Shown here: positions 38,764-52,993 of the stretch, in pieces
Numbering within the stretch: position 1 is the first letter of the stretch
How the letters are laid out: each line of letters starts with the position of its first letter
Origin: Camelus dromedarius
Taxonomy: Eukaryota
Reading direction: 5' to 3'
DNA length: 64,000 bases
Assembly (NCBI RefSeq): GCF_036321535.1
Contig: NC_087437.1
Location: 22,756,001-22,820,000 of the forward strand
Translations under genes and position numbers: made by a program
The notes under the pieces: generated by a model
What the model was told of the DNA's origin: nothing
Database searches by the model: none
Seen by the model: only the letters and a program-made list of their open reading frames with translations

Positions 38764-40709
38764 GTATTAACCCCATAGCATTATTGTAGGGATCAAATGA
38801 GAAATATATGTACATTTCCTAGCACAATGTCTAAGAATTCTCTAAATCTCAACAAATGGCAAATATAGGAACTCTCTATGTTTTACCAGAAGGAAAACAA
38901 AAACCAAACCCAGAACCTGAAATGACAGTGGATAGAGGCTGACTGTTAAGCTGACTTGAAATTGCCCCATACACAGTATTCCTTTCCTGTTTTAGATCCA
39001 AAGGTGCATTTACAACAGCAGAAGCTGCTATTTTTACTAATATATTTTGAAATTAGAACTGTGAAGCAACACCAGTCCTCAGTGTGCAGTCTGATTATTT
39101 TTATAGCTATCAAAAATGTATCAGGCACAATCTACAAGAGAAGATAAATAATAATCCAGTGTTGCCTTTTTGAAGAGGTGCTGCATGTTGTATTCTATTT
39201 ATGCCACATCTAATAGAGCACCCAAAAGAGCCATGTATTATGTGACTTGACAGAGTTCATCTATGTGCAGAAAGTGAGTTCGGGCCTCTGCACAAATACT
39301 GTAAAGCTTAGGCAGAGACTAAACTTGGCAAGTTGTGTATCAAATATTTGTGTGGTCTGTACACAGCAGGATATGAATTAATGATCCAGTGTGAACACCA
39401 TGCTTTTATTATAGGGACATTTTCCACTTTCTTTCACAGTGGTTTATCTCACTGTCAATACCTGCTAAGTCTTTAAACCTTATTTATATCAACCTCTCTT
39501 TCTATTGTCATCTCCTTTAAATGTAATGACCATCTCATTCCATGTTTCTGTGAAAATGGCCAGAAAATAATTCAGAAAACAGACATTATTCTTGGCTATG
39601 CTTAGAATTTCAATCAATAAAGAACAAGCCAAAGCCAAAACAAAGGGTAATCTTTTAAGGACAAAGAAAAGCATTATATGACATACTCCGGACATTTTGG
39701 AGATTTCCCTGACAAGTTTCCCAGAAGAAACTTTGTCCCAGAAAATACTTTATTTGGGTAAGTACATAGAAACAAAGTTTCTTTGTTTATAATGTTTGGA
39801 TAATAAACATTTCTGATTTAGAACATTTGTTTTAAATATCTTGGCTTATACAAAATGGCCTTTTTGTTTGGGAGAATCGGGGAACAATAATAATTTTTGC
39901 AAAAGATTTCCACTGTTGCTTAAATGTAAAAGTGTTTATAGAAGTGCAACAACAGAGTGTAGCCCTGAGGTCTAGACAAATGGAGGTCTGCTGATCCGGG
40001 ATAGCAGGCCACCTCCCTCGTAACCTCAGAACACTTGCACCAGCTGTGCTGGATGGGAAGAGGGTCAGGATCATGGGCATGGCCTTGAGAAGTGTTCCTC
40101 CAGCCCCAATCTTCTCCCAAAGCTAAATCACAGGGCTTGTAAATGACCTTTTGAAGTACTCTCCCTGTGGCCTTGGAAAGATGTCCAGGTATAAAGAGAA
40201 GGATTAGTGCCCTAAGCCAATTCCTGGATAGCAACTTAGTCAATGAAGCATGTAGAAATTTTACCCTATAGTCCCAGATGTGCAAGAATGTCATTTTCTT
40301 TATTCAAATCAAATTCAATCTCAATCTATGTCTTGATTGGTCAGAGCTGTTGGGAAATCCAATCTAAAGATTATGAGGTCCACTCATGAGGGCATGGGAA
40401 GGTCCTGAAGACTTTACGCAAAGAAGAACATTTCAAAGGGTGAGAAGGAGCCAGGAGTTTGGTCCCTTTTTGTTATGTGTGTTAGCAAAGCCCAAATGTC
40501 CCTTGAGGGCAGGGGCACTGCCCCTCTTTGGGTGAAGTCAGAAGACTCTGTTAGAAGCCATTATGTGATATCTCTCCAGGATACCTAGCAGGCCTCAGGT
40601 TCCTAGGACCTCTGACCCCTTCTTAGCTGGAGGAAACTGTTTTCCCTCCTTATGCTGCTTCTGAACTACTCTTGGAACACTCTCCTTCCCACCTTACCTC
40701 TCTCATGTC

Positions 40710-40865
40710 TCTAAGTGTGATCTTGAGAGCAGCAGTGGCAGCAGTACTGGGGGAGCTTGTTAGAAATGTAAATTATCAAAATCTCTGATGTAAAGACCCA
40801 GAAGGAAGTGTTTTAACAGATCCTCCACGTGACTCTGATTTGAGGCTACATTTTGAGAAGGACTG
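40710..40865 (+). mobile_element. MER5-family MITE, internally deleted
   Basis: gggagcttgttagaaatgtaaatt...ttttaaca...tttgagaaggactg. Confidence 0.7.
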
Positions 40866-41043
40866 ACCTAGCATAATCCATTCAATTAACTGAGATTTTT
40901 GAAAGCAAGAACATAGGTAATTTCTGTGTTTAGCCTTCAATATAGCATCTATCCCAACTCACGGCCATGGAAGGAAAAGATGTGACTATAATAATAAGTA
41001 AATTGATTAATAAATAAATAAATCTTAACATAAAACATAAACA

Positions 41044-42004
41044 TCTGCACAGCAAGGGATCTGAATAGAGATTTTTCCAAAGAAGACATACAGATGGCCA
41101 ACAGACACATGAAAAGATATCCAACATCACTAATCATCAGGCAAATGCAAATCGAAACCACAATAAGACATCACTTCACACCTATTAGTATGGCTATTAT
41201 CAAAAAGACAAAAGGTAACAAGTGTTGGGAAGGACATGGAGAAAAGGGAGCTCTTGTGCACTGTTGGTAGAAATGTAAATTGGTGCAGCCACTATGGAAA
41301 ACAGTATGGAGGTTCCTTAAAAAATTAGAAATATAACAACTATCATATGATCCAGGAATTCCACATCTGGGTATTTATCCAAAGAAAATTGAAAACACTA
41401 ACTCAAAGAGATACATGCACCCCCATATTCATTGCAGCATTATTTACAATAACCAAGATAAAGAAACAACCTAACGATTCATTCATCAATGGATGAATGG
41501 ATAACAAAAAAGTGTGGTATATATAGAATAGTATTCAGGCATAAAAAAGAATAAAATCTTACCCTGAGGGTATTATACCAAGTGAAATAAGTCAGACAGA
41601 GAAACACAAATACTGTATGACCTCACTTATATGTGGAATCTTAAAAAAATGAGCCCATATATATAGATTTCAGACTGGTGGTTACCAGAGGTGGAAGGTG
41701 GACAAAATGGGTGAAGGGTGTCAAAAGGTACAAACTTTCAGTTATAAAATTTAAAAATTCATGGATACATAATGCAAAATATGTTGATTATAGTTAGAAA
41801 TACTGTATTACATATTTGAAAGTTGTTAAGAGAGTAAATCTTAAAAGTTCCTATCACTAGGAAAAAAATTTTGTAACAATTTATGGTAAAGGGTGCTAAC
41901 TAGACATATTGTGGTGATCATTTCAAAATATACAAATATTGAATCATGCTGTACACCTGAAAGTAAATATTATATGTTGATTATATCTCAATTAAATAAA
42001 TAAT
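41044..42004 (+). mobile_element. L1 (L1MA/MB-like) 3' ~1 kb
   Basis: ccaaagaagacatacagatggcc, gaaataagtcagacagagaaa, gctgtacacctgaaa, attatatctcaattaaa. Confidence 0.9.
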
Positions 42005-42489
42005 AGGTACTCAATACACATTTGGAGAATAAAAAAATAAAAACATAAGCATCTCTGTGATTTTTCTGAAATAGGAAAACAAAAACACTCAATTAATATC
42101 TCAGTAAATATTTAGATAAATTATCTGGCCACAGGGATTAACTTTAACAATAATAAATTTCTAAGCAAGCAAGTTCCAGGAACAATGAGATGTGGTAGAT
42201 GGGGTGATTTGGCATCAGAAATGAGTCCAGGAAAATGAGATAACAGATGAAAGAAAGATGCTATATCAACAAAGCGCAAGAAGAATGACATTTTCCTGGA
42301 CCAGCATGAACTTCTAGAGAAGCTGGTCATCAAAACCTTTATTTCCAAAAGGGAGGCCTCCGGATGGCTCTGCAGTAATGATTTTAGAAAGGCAGTGACT
42401 TACACTTCTCAAAAAACAAAGTGTAAAGCATAAGAAGTCCTTGAGGCTGTGACAGACAGATTTCCATCATTCCTTTTCTGCATGTAAAT

Positions 42490-42846
42490 GCAGTCTCACT
42501 TGCACATGTAGCCACTTAGCTAGGGGCTACCATATCGCAGGCCCCTCTGCATCTAAGTGTGACCGTGGAGTGTGAACAGAAGTGATGTGTGTCACTCTGG
42601 GCCTGGGCCTTATATATAGTCTCCTTCCTGCTTCTTGTTGCTGTGAACTGAAACAGGCTGGTGCCTGTGACCCACCTTTGACTATGCAGGCAACAATCTA
42701 CAGTGGAAACCAGAGGGAAGGAAGCTGGGTCCCTGAACAGTCATGTAGTGTGGAGAAGCTCACTAGGTAAGAGAAATAATCTGACTTAATCCACTGGTTT
42801 ATTGGGTTCTTTGTTACAGAATTTAGATTTTTATGTAATTAATACA
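42490..42846 (+). mobile_element. MLT1I/J-like MaLR LTR
   Basis: cagaagtgatgtgtgtcact...tttgttacag...taataca. Confidence 0.65.
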
Positions 42847-44189
42847 AAAATCAAGGGCCCATGTGAAAGATTAAGTCAATGCTTGCAATTCATTGAAGCC
42901 CAATAACACCAAAGCCCCTACAAAAGGCACTTCAAAAATAGTTACTAAAGGAACAAATGTGGCACCATGAGGAGCTGTTGGGACAATAGATGTCCAATTA
43001 TCTCATAAAATAATCTGCCTGAAAGTAAATCTAAGTGGCAGGTTGCAATCTACAATGCCAAGAGCAAACAGCACACAGATAGCAACAATGGGTTAAAATC
43101 AAATGGGAATCCTTGTGTGTAAAATCTGGAAATGATTGCTAATTATAGAGCAGTCATTTAACTGATTTGCAAATAGTAATCACAGTCACTGTCATTTTCC
43201 AAAACAAAAGATTTATACATGCACAGACATACACAGACAGGTAAATTCTTCTTCTAACAAGTTTGATGAGACAAGATGGCTATACTGTTCATGGTCCATA
43301 AGAAAATGAAAATCCATTGCTACAATATGCAGAGTGAATACAAAGTAGCCTTTTATATTCTCTGTAAAAGGCAGTTTTTGGTAGCATATGGCATATAACT
43401 CCAACTCCATATGCTGAACAGTTCTGAGGACCTACTATGTGAGAAGTATTACATTAAATATAGTGAACAATTCAGAGATACCAACCAAAACATTAATAAA
43501 GATATCAGAGGGAGTATTACATAAAACAGAGATTTACATTTCTAATAAATGGCAATTAAAGAGTGCTTAAACCACTTTATGTTGAAACTTTTTGTGGTGT
43601 CTCTGTTTATGCCTATCACAAAAGTTGTTCTGAGGCTGAAATAACATACATAAGGCACATGGCGAATTGAATGAGCCCCACCAAATGCTACTTCCTTTCT
43701 TCATACCCTGTAACATAGTGTCTTAAAAATTTGAAATAGTTTTCAAAATATTTCATTGGTGACTTGTTCTAGAGCCATAAAAAGTAGTTTTGCCTATCTC
43801 AGGCCCCCACATAGATGGGGTACGATCACAGACACTCTCCATCCAGAGCAAGTGCAGAGTATTGCATTTTGCAAACCAAAGGATAATTGGCCATGATGGA
43901 TATCAGGGGTTTTAGAAGCAAGCAAGAAAATCCCACTCTGGTCATTTACAGTTCTCCCTAGTCATGGGGACAGTTGTTATAATATCACTGTTGGCATCCC
44001 CACCTTAAGACAATAGATGTGTCCTTAAATAATCTTCAATGGTTTCCTTGACTACCTACTGGCACCAGAACCAGTTTCCATACCATCCCAGAGCTGCTGG
44101 GCCCTCATGCCCTCAGGCCTGAGCCACTTGCCTGGCTTATTAGACAGAGAGCTCCTCATGCTGTTGCTGTGGTGTTAGATGCTTTGCTG

Positions 44190-44700
44190 TAACATTATCA
44201 CATCTCCTATTGCCACCTACTTTGTCAGTCACCCCTGAAACGGGAGTAGGTTTTACATGGCCAAAGCAGCTCCAGGGCCAATTCAATCTGTTCACATACA
44301 CAGAGCCTTCTATAGAGCTGACCTTGAGAGCAGGTTAACACAACCCAGAAGTGTGGGAGAGTTAACACCCAAATGAGGAGAACTTTGATCTACAGGAGAT
44401 GGAAGGTAGGAAGAGGCTTGCAGGTAACTCTCTTCTCTGCCCCTGCTGGACTGTTTTGACACAGAGCTCCGTGCACACACTGTAGTCATCTCTCACATAA
44501 CTGAGCTACCAATGGTGTCTTCCTGAGAAGCTGTGGCCAGATTTGTAATGCATCACTTTGTGTTTTCTTTCCCTCCTACCCTGCTTCACTTCCTTCCTTC
44601 TCCTCAACCTTGTCTTCTTGGGATTGTGCCTCCTCAATAAGAACTAGGCATCTAAGATTCTTCCCCAGGCTCTTTTATCTAGGGAACTGGTGCTAAATCA
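44190..44700 (+). mobile_element. MER68-like ERVL LTR
   Basis: gaagtgtgggagagttaacacc, gaagctgtggccag, caggctcttttatctagggaac. Confidence 0.7.
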
Positions 44701-45949
44701 GTGTCACACCCTTTCCTTTCAAATTTCCAGGCTGGAGCCATCAGTTGATTAGGCTACAATTCTCATATCCTGAACTAGCAAGCTGGGAAAAGGAACATCT
44801 GCCTCACTTATGATGCTATGGTGAGAGGTGAAGTCCTGCCTCTCATCTTTTTGGAATTAATCCAAAATAGAAAACAAAATGTTTGGATACTGAACAGTCA
44901 CAGAGGTGACAAATATCCCCTCTGAACCAGCTTGGCCTTAGTAGCTCCCTCCCTTCCCCTGGGTTTCTCCATGTGATGTGTCTTCCCTCTGTGCAGCAGC
45001 ACCCCAACATATCTCCTCCACTTCCACTTCCTGACCCTGCCAAATCAGTTTTCATCTGTTCTAGACTCTCTGCTTCTATTGTGCTTGTTATTCCCATTTT
45101 CCCCATTAGACCAAATATTCCAAATTGGCCCATTTTCCCTAGTTTCCCCCACTCCCAAATGCAGAATTCAGGTCTCCTTTCCATGTCACAGTCCACAGGT
45201 CAACCAGCCATCGCTCACACTTAGCCCTGGCACTTAGTTTAGCATTTAGTTTAGCATTCCAGTTCTCTGTTGCCTACAAAGTAAGACTAGATGGTTTTGG
45301 GTACAAATAGAAAGCGCTAGACTTCTTGTATCTTTCAGGATAGAAGAAGATTACGCCAGAGTCAGCAAGGATCCAGTTCTTTGGATTTGAACAAAGTGAC
45401 CAGATATCTCAGCCTTTCTTTTTTAAAGAAGTGCAGTGGGAAAGTCTTGGACTGCCTTCAAAGAGGACTTTCCTGTAACTGTAGATGCACTAGACTACAG
45501 CTGTAGTCATCTGTATTGCTGCCTAGTTTTGTGAAGATGTATACTTTGTGTGATTGTTTGAAAATATCATCCACTCATGCAAACAGAAATGGTAATGTTC
45601 TCTTTGGTCAGTCCTAATCTGCTCTGATTAGCAGGTTCTTAATCTCAAATACTTCTGGGGATTCTCAAGGTATGATAATGCATTGCATCTTTCTCTCATG
45701 ACCACATATGCTGTGTACAGTTATGTATGTCTGTAATGCATAGGGGACCACACATAAAGGGGCATCATTCCCATTGTGGACGTCATAAAGATAATGCAAC
45801 ACTTTTCTGGCAGGTAGAAGTAAAGAGTTTGCTTTAACAAATGAAGTTTTTGAGAATTTAGCTAAGTACTTCATAGTATTGTTGCCTCAGCACTCATTTT
45901 GTTTGACCAAGCAGACTGCAATAATCTTAAACCTTAAAAACACCAGCCC

Positions 45950-46371
45950 TGTCATATAAGTACAAGCCTTAGATAACAGCCCATAGAGTCAGAAGCAAAT
46001 GTTTCAAGTTTCTGATATGACTTTCTCAACATACCCCTTTTGATCAACAGTCTCCGCTGCCTCCCAGTGTTAAGATCCTCAGGGGACTTACCAAAACCCA
46101 GTTCTTTTGGTTTGAATTGACCAATCTGACCCTTACTTGGGAACCCTGAAGCACTCCACTCATGAACCTTAATAAAGGCATGTGCCCCAGGTCCTGCCTC
46201 TCTCTCTCTCATTTGACCTCCCCACGTGGCCCCTCAAGATGTGCCAGGTCCTTCCTTCAGGACCTGTGAGTAGTAAACTTCTCCATTTCAATTTCTCCTG
46301 GGTCTGTTGTTGAACCACAGCTCACCATCCAGCACCCTGGGCTGCACTTAACAAATGTTAATTTGTTAACA
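45950..46371 (+). mobile_element. ERV1-class solo LTR, family unassigned
   Basis: TG...CA termini, ttgaccaatc CCAAT box, ggacctgtgagtagtaaact polyA-like region. Confidence 0.55.
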
Positions 46372-47127
46372 TAAGTATATTAGGTCAACTTTCTGACAGA
46401 GTTAAGTAAGGGGTACTGAAGACTGGGCACCGTCTTCTGATTTATACAAGGGTGCCGTAAGAGCTAGTGGCAGCTCTGTCTGCTGCTCATCCAGCCATTT
46501 TACTCTGAACCCAGAACTTCTCAGGGCATGTGGTGAGGCATCCGCACTGCTCCTAACTAAGCTGTTTTGCCCTGAACGGACCCCACCATTCACTGCCATT
46601 CACATATGTCCTGAAAGCTCAAATGAATCCAGGCTAGAGTGATTAATACAACTCAAACTTGAGAGCTTACAGAAGGGAATTTAACTAAAGGAAAAGGGAA
46701 AAGTAAAGCTATTTGTATATCAGTGTTTTTTCCTTCCTTTGGGCCAATCCACTACCCAGCTATCTGTAAGTGCTTTTGCTCATCTCACAAGGAGGGAAAT
46801 TTTTTAATTCCTTCCTTAACTCAATCTATCTCCTGATGTCCCTTAAATGCCACGATAATCTCTGCAAAAAATACCACTCTGATCAAAATGAAGACAATCT
46901 ACTGCATGTGCTAATGCAACTCGGTTGATATCTGTGTCCTGACTTGGGCATCCTGGAATTGAATTTGTCTTTACTTTTGCATAAGTAAAGACCTAGTAAT
47001 AGATTTTCTTAAAATAAATATAAGAAATTTAGCTAATGCCTCCTAGATAAAATAACAAATTGTCTACCTTTCCAACAGTCACTCCTCCAGAGTCACTGGT
47101 GTTGAGTCTTGAAGCACCTTACTACAC

Positions 47128-47950
47128 TTTCAACAAATATTTAAGGAGCTCCTTTAGGAGCCAGGCCCTGGGCTGAGCACTAAGAACATCAATCAGCTGT
47201 GGCTCCCACTGACCTTCCAGCTTGGAGAAACTGGCAGGTAAGTAAAAAGGTTCAAGAAATTAGTAAAAGAGTGACCATTGAAGAACACAAGGTTAAAATA
47301 GTAATATGAAAGAGAAAATGGCTCTTTTCAATTGAGGTTGGAGGGGAAGGATTATAAAAGGTTCAAAAAAGTAGTAGTCACAAGCTGTTGGCATGGTAAA
47401 TAAGGGAGGAAAAAGAATAGCAAATGCAAAGATGTTTTCAGAAACCCCCAAACAGCTGAGAAGTTCAGAATATAGGGATGTGAGGCAATGTCTACCAAGA
47501 GACGGAACTAAAAACTTAAGAAATAAGTAGATAGTAGAGGACCCTTTATGTTGCACCAAGAAATTTTGACCTCAAAAACACTGAAGATTGAGATGGAATA
47601 TTTTAGTGATAAGAGAGCTATTATTTTATCCCTGCCACTCAGAGAATTGATTAGGTATAGGTACCAATCCTTAGACTGTCATGGTGGGCCAGGTGAAAAA
47701 TCATGATGGCTTTTACCGGGCAGCCCTGGAGCATTCCAGAAGCTGGAATTAATGGATTCAGAACATGTTACGAATTGGAGTTCAGTAGAACTTGTTAGCT
47801 TTTTGAGAGTGGTCCAGGTGAAGGAGAGAAGGAAGTAAGTATGTTGGAATCCTGAGTTTTGGGGTGAGGGAGGAGCTATTTTGTACTATTTTGCTGAGAG
47901 AGGAAACACAGAAAGAGGACAAGTATGGAGTTAGAGGAAATTTAGATAAA
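47128..47950 (-). mobile_element. L2 LINE fragments
   Basis: ttcaacaaatattta...gccaggccctgggct; ggaatcctgagtttt. Confidence 0.55.
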
Positions 47951-48773
47951 ATTAAAGTGGTGCAAGTTCTAAAATTATCATAATTCCCATGTTCTATGTA
48001 CCTGAATCCCTCTGAGTCCCATTCTCTGCCTAAGGAACTTTTGATTAAGCCTACCCAACTATATAGTGGTTGGGGCAGGGAACTGCTCCAGCATTCGCCT
48101 TCCTACTTCAGGCTGAACAACACCCCCATGCATCTATTACTCCAGTTCCAGATTCTCTTGGTTTCCCACCTTAGCTGGCACTCCACACCAAGGTACTGAC
48201 TAGAGATCCAATCTTCATAATTTGCAACCACAGACTTCAGATATATCACTAAGAGAGCCCCAGTAAAGAGCATATACAAAGTCCCAAACTCTGGAATAAA
48301 TTAAATCAGCTGAGAAAGTATAAGTGATATGCATCCATATTACTATAAAACTATGGCCTATACTTTGGAGTCAATTGACACCTCCACAGTCTATCTTAAA
48401 CACTAGGTTACAGTGCCATAGAGAACTTGAGGAGCAGCCACACACCCCATAGGATGGAGGCCTCCAGGAGCATCCTTAGTATATGGAGAGATTAGCCCAG
48501 CAGAAAGCAATGACATAGGGATCTCAAGACACATAGAAAAAAGTTAGATCCTATTGTTACCCAAGCCTAGAGATGAAAAGAAAATAAGCAAAGAAATAAA
48601 TATCAAGGAAAAATCCAAAGCTGCCCCTACTGGAAATTTTTTTTTGTGGTAGAGGGTTAAATAGTTTCTATTTGGGGGGATAAAATACATTCAAATATTT
48701 TATCTTAAAGCCAGGAGAGTCATAGAACTTTTTACATACACTTTCTCTGGGTTGGTTTAGTCATTCTTTTTAC

Positions 48774-48795
48774 AAAAAAAAAAAAAAAAAAAAAA
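48774..48795. repeat. A22 homopolymer
   Basis: Seen directly. Confidence 0.9.
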
Positions 48796-51028
48796 TTGTT
48801 CCAGCAGGGGTCTCTCTCTGCACATGGTACAAAAATTCTTAAAAGCTGCAATGGAATATTTTCATTTTGCTTATCCATCTTACAATGTAAATTGATGTGG
48901 TTGCAAAATGTGTCAAAAGTAATTTCTTATACTATTAGAAAACTATTGAAAAGGTATACTATAGTGTTCCATATCATGATTTGGGTGATTAAACAAATGT
49001 GTTCACTATAAGATCATTCATCAAGCAACACATTTATGATTTTTAGGTAGTTTTTTGTTTAATATTACACTTCAAAAAAGTTTATTTTTAAAGATATAAT
49101 CCATAATTTGACTTCTATTTGCATATTACCTCACTTTTTTGTTTCATTTCTCAAGAATCTAGAACATTAGAAATTGGCTATTTTACTTATGCATCACTGA
49201 ATTTTATACATATTTTATAAATTATGATGCTTGGTGTGTCTGTTGGCAGAAAAAGTAGGAAAAAAGTTAAAACTTAGCTGTAATAGTCAAAAGAAAAATG
49301 GAACTTTAGAGTAAGTATTATCCAGTAAAAAAAACTTTGCATTGGTTTTCAAATCATGAACTTTCACAAAGAGGCATTGTCATTGTTGGCATCCCAGCTT
49401 TTGGGATGGATCCCAAAGACCAGATGGATATTCATCCCATAATGTGCTCTGGGGATTGGTCTTTACTGCTGGTGGGAACAGGTCAGTAGGGGCCTATGGC
49501 TACTGAAAACCTGGGCCTTCTTAAAGAGGTCTGCTCATCTCTGTTGTCAACCTGTTGACTCTTTCTGAACAGAAAAGAAATGGTGACAAACCATCCCTTG
49601 CCAAGTCAGCAAATGACACCTAAAATACAGTGCTTGAGAGAAATGCTTGTTTTAAAACAAAAAACAGAAAAAAAAAATACTATTAAAATTCTTGGGAACA
49701 GATTTCTGCAAAGCACCCAGACTGCTGTTTTTATTTCTATACTTTAATCTCAGGATTTTGTTATTTTTCTTTTGCTTTATTTCTTTATGACTGCACCTAT
49801 CACATCTTTCCCTGTCTCTATTTTCATTCATTCTTTAATCTCTCACTTCTCAAAATCATTTTATTTTAAAAAGAAAAAAGTATCAAAATTTTGTTGTACC
49901 TTTTAATAAAATATATTTTCCCTTGAAAAAAATTAATATTATGCCATAAAAAAGCTGAGTATTGTCTGAGTACTAATAAAACAGAAAATATTAACTGAAA
50001 ATGTTTTATTCTAAATGACATTGCCACTTACTTTTTAATAGTATTAGAGTAATTACCTTAATTCTCTCTTGGAAAAAAAGCATCCATTAAGATCCTTTAA
50101 TGAAGGAAATACACATTTGTAATGGACCAAATGGCAACATGCCCTTGTCTGAAGCAATCATACTGTCCAATAAAGGAAGATCCACATTTAAATGTGGTGC
50201 CTCTGAACACCAAATATTACAAGAATTCCTAGTCAGCGGGATGCTATGCTGAAAGCACTCTGTAAATTGGTTTACCCTTTCTTACTATCTTGTGGCCTCA
50301 TTTTAAATATTCCTTGAATATTAATAGTAGCATACTGGATAGTCCCAACAATATAAACCTTAACTTATTATGTTTACCTCTGGGCTATTCAAATCAGTAA
50401 ATATTACAAATCCTTCATTAGAAACACTTTTTCCATCATTTTATGTTTACATGTTTCTTCCTGCCTTCCTCTTTCCTATGCAAGCCACGTCTCTGACCTC
50501 TGTTTTGCTTATTGTTTTCTTTCTCTCTTGTTTGCTCAGCTTCTGTACAATCACTTCTCTTTGCTCTGCCCCTTGCTCCAGCCTCATGTTCATTTCAGCC
50601 TCCGCCTTTTTTTCTTCACAAACCTCTTTGATTCCAGTTGACAGTTTAAGTTTTTTTTTTTTCCCCTTTTACTTTCCAGAGGCTCCTGTTGCCATAGTGA
50701 TACTTGATGATGATGAAGACCATGACTGCTTCCATTGGCACTCTGGTTGCTATAACAATGCCAGTTAGCTGAGAATTCTATGGAAACTTGTGAGAAGGAT
50801 GCTAGTTCACACCTTTGTGTGCAACAGCTTGACAGGAAATGTTTCTTAGTTAATGGTTGTTTGCAGCAGTAAAACTCAAGTCTATAAACTTAAGGGAAGC
50901 CCATTCAGGATCTAAAATACCAAGAAACCAATGTTTACCTCTTCACACACTAAAAAATTTCTCTCCCTTCCCTGCCTTTGTTTGCCCTCCCTTCCTATTC
51001 TATTTATTCTTGATATTAAAAACATACC

Positions 51029-51386
51029 TGTTATGGACCAAACCATGTCCCCATAAAACTCATACAATTGAACCTTGATCCCCTATTGTAACTCTGTTTG
51101 AAAATAGAGCTTTTAAGAGGTAAGTAAGGTTAAATGAGGTTGTAATGGTGGAGCCCTAATCCAATAGGATTGGTAGCCCTATAAGAAGTATAAGTGAGAG
51201 AGCTCTTTCTCTCTCTACTGTGTGAGGGCACAGCAAAGAGGCAGCTGTCTGCAATCCAGGAAAAGAGTCCTCACCAGGAACTTTGATCTTGGACATCCCA
51301 GCCCCCTAAACTGGAAAAATTAACTTCCGTTGTTTAAGCCACCCAGTCTATGGTATTAGTGATGGCAACCTGAGCTAACTAATACA
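51029..51386 (+). mobile_element. MLT1A MaLR solo LTR with 5-bp TSD
   Basis: TGTTATGG...CTAATACA; flanks atacc / atact. Confidence 0.88.
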
Positions 51387-51839
51387 ATACTTCAGTATTA
51401 ACATTTACAGATCTTGTTAAGTGCTTTTGATTTTAGAGACATCAATTGCTAGAAATATAACCAAATAAGAGAATTGTAGAATATTGCAATGTGCATTGTC
51501 AATATTTCATCTTGGAATACTAGGTGAACCAGAAGAAAAATCTGACATTTATTTCCATTTTTTTGATCCTTTTTGTTGTTGTTACAGCTTTCTTATTCTC
51601 AAGAAAATATAAAGAAATGTGTAATTGTCTTCATCTTCATGGATAATATAACTCACTCATGGAAAGCTGGACAGATATGTTGTTTTGTTGTAATAGTGTC
51701 ATCTCCCTAGGCTGTAAAGTTAAGCAGCTTACAACCATTCACAGTGGTCTTCCCATTTTACCAACTTGTGTGGAGTAAGGAAGCAAGCATACCATCAAAG
51801 CATGCTCAGGACTGATGTCAGAAGACCTAAAACTGCTTG

Positions 51840-52993
51840 TTTTTTTTTTTTTTAACATTTTTTATTGATTTATAATCATTTTACAATGTTGTGTCAAATT
51901 CCAGTGTAGAGCACAATTTTTCAGTTACACATGAACATTTATATATTCATTGTCACATTTTTTTCTCTGTGAGCTACCATAAGATCTTGTGTATATTTCC
52001 CTGTGCTATACAGTATAATCTTGCTTATGTATTCTACCATTTTGAAATCCCGTCTATCCCTTCCCACCCTCTGCCCCCTTGGCAACCACAAGTTTGGATT
52101 CTATGTCTATGAGTCTGTTTCTGTTTTGTATTTATGCTTTGTTTGTTTGTTTTTGTTTTTATTTGTGTTTTTTTGTTTGTTTGTTTTTTTGTTTTTAGAT
52201 TCCACATACGGTATTTTTCTTTCTCTTTCTGGCTTACTTCACTTAGAATGACATTCTCCAGGAGCATCCATGTTGCTGCAAATGGCATTATGTTGTCGGT
52301 TTTTATGGCTGAGAAGTATTCCATTGTACAAATATACCACATCTTCTTTTCCCAGTCATCCGTTGATGGACATTTAGGCTGTCTCCATGTCTTGGCTATT
52401 GTAAATAGTGCTGCTATGAACATTGGGGTGCAAGTGTCATCCTGAAGTAGGGTTCCTTCTGGACATATGCCCAGGAGTGGGATTCCTGGGTCATATGGTA
52501 AGCCTATTCCTAGTCTTTTGAGGAATCTTCATACTTTTTTCCACAGTGGCTGCATCAAACTGCATTCCCACCAGCAATGTAGGAGGGTTCCCCTTTCTCT
52601 ACAGCCTCTCCAGCATTTGTCATTCGTGGATTTTTGAATGATGGCCATTCTGACTGGTGTGAGGTGATACCTCGTAGTTTTGATTTGCATTTCTCTGATA
52701 ATTAGTGATATTGAGCATTTTTTCATGTGCCTATTGATCATTTGTATTTCTTCCTTGGAGAATTGCTTGTTTAGGTCTTTTGCCCATTTTTGGATTGGGT
52801 TGTTTGGTTGTTTCTTATTAAGTCGTATGAGCTGCTTATATATTCTGGAGATCAAGTCTTTGTTGGTTTCATTTGCAAAAATTTTTTCCCATTCCATAGG
52901 TTGTCTTTTTGTTTTACTTATGGTTTCCTTTGCTGTACAGAAGCTTGTAATTCTCATTAGGTCCCATTTGTTTATTCTTTCTTTTATTTCTAT
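51840..52993 (-). mobile_element. Young L1 (probably camelid): ORF2 C-terminus and 3'UTR, 5'-truncated
   Basis: ORFs 52529-53011 (KERINKWD...WEKIFAN...CWRGC...LLHCWWEC) and 52034-52423 (MFIAALFTIAKTW.QPKCPS) are L1 ORF2p C-terminal sequence; poly-T head. Confidence 0.95.

Noticed and set aside
46967..46992. 10-bp stem GTCTTTACTT/AAGTAAAGAC
   Set aside because: Isolated AT-rich stem with no supporting context.
50370..50768. 132-aa ORF that looks multi-transmembrane
   Set aside because: Arises from T/C-rich sequence lacking stops; no homology recognised.
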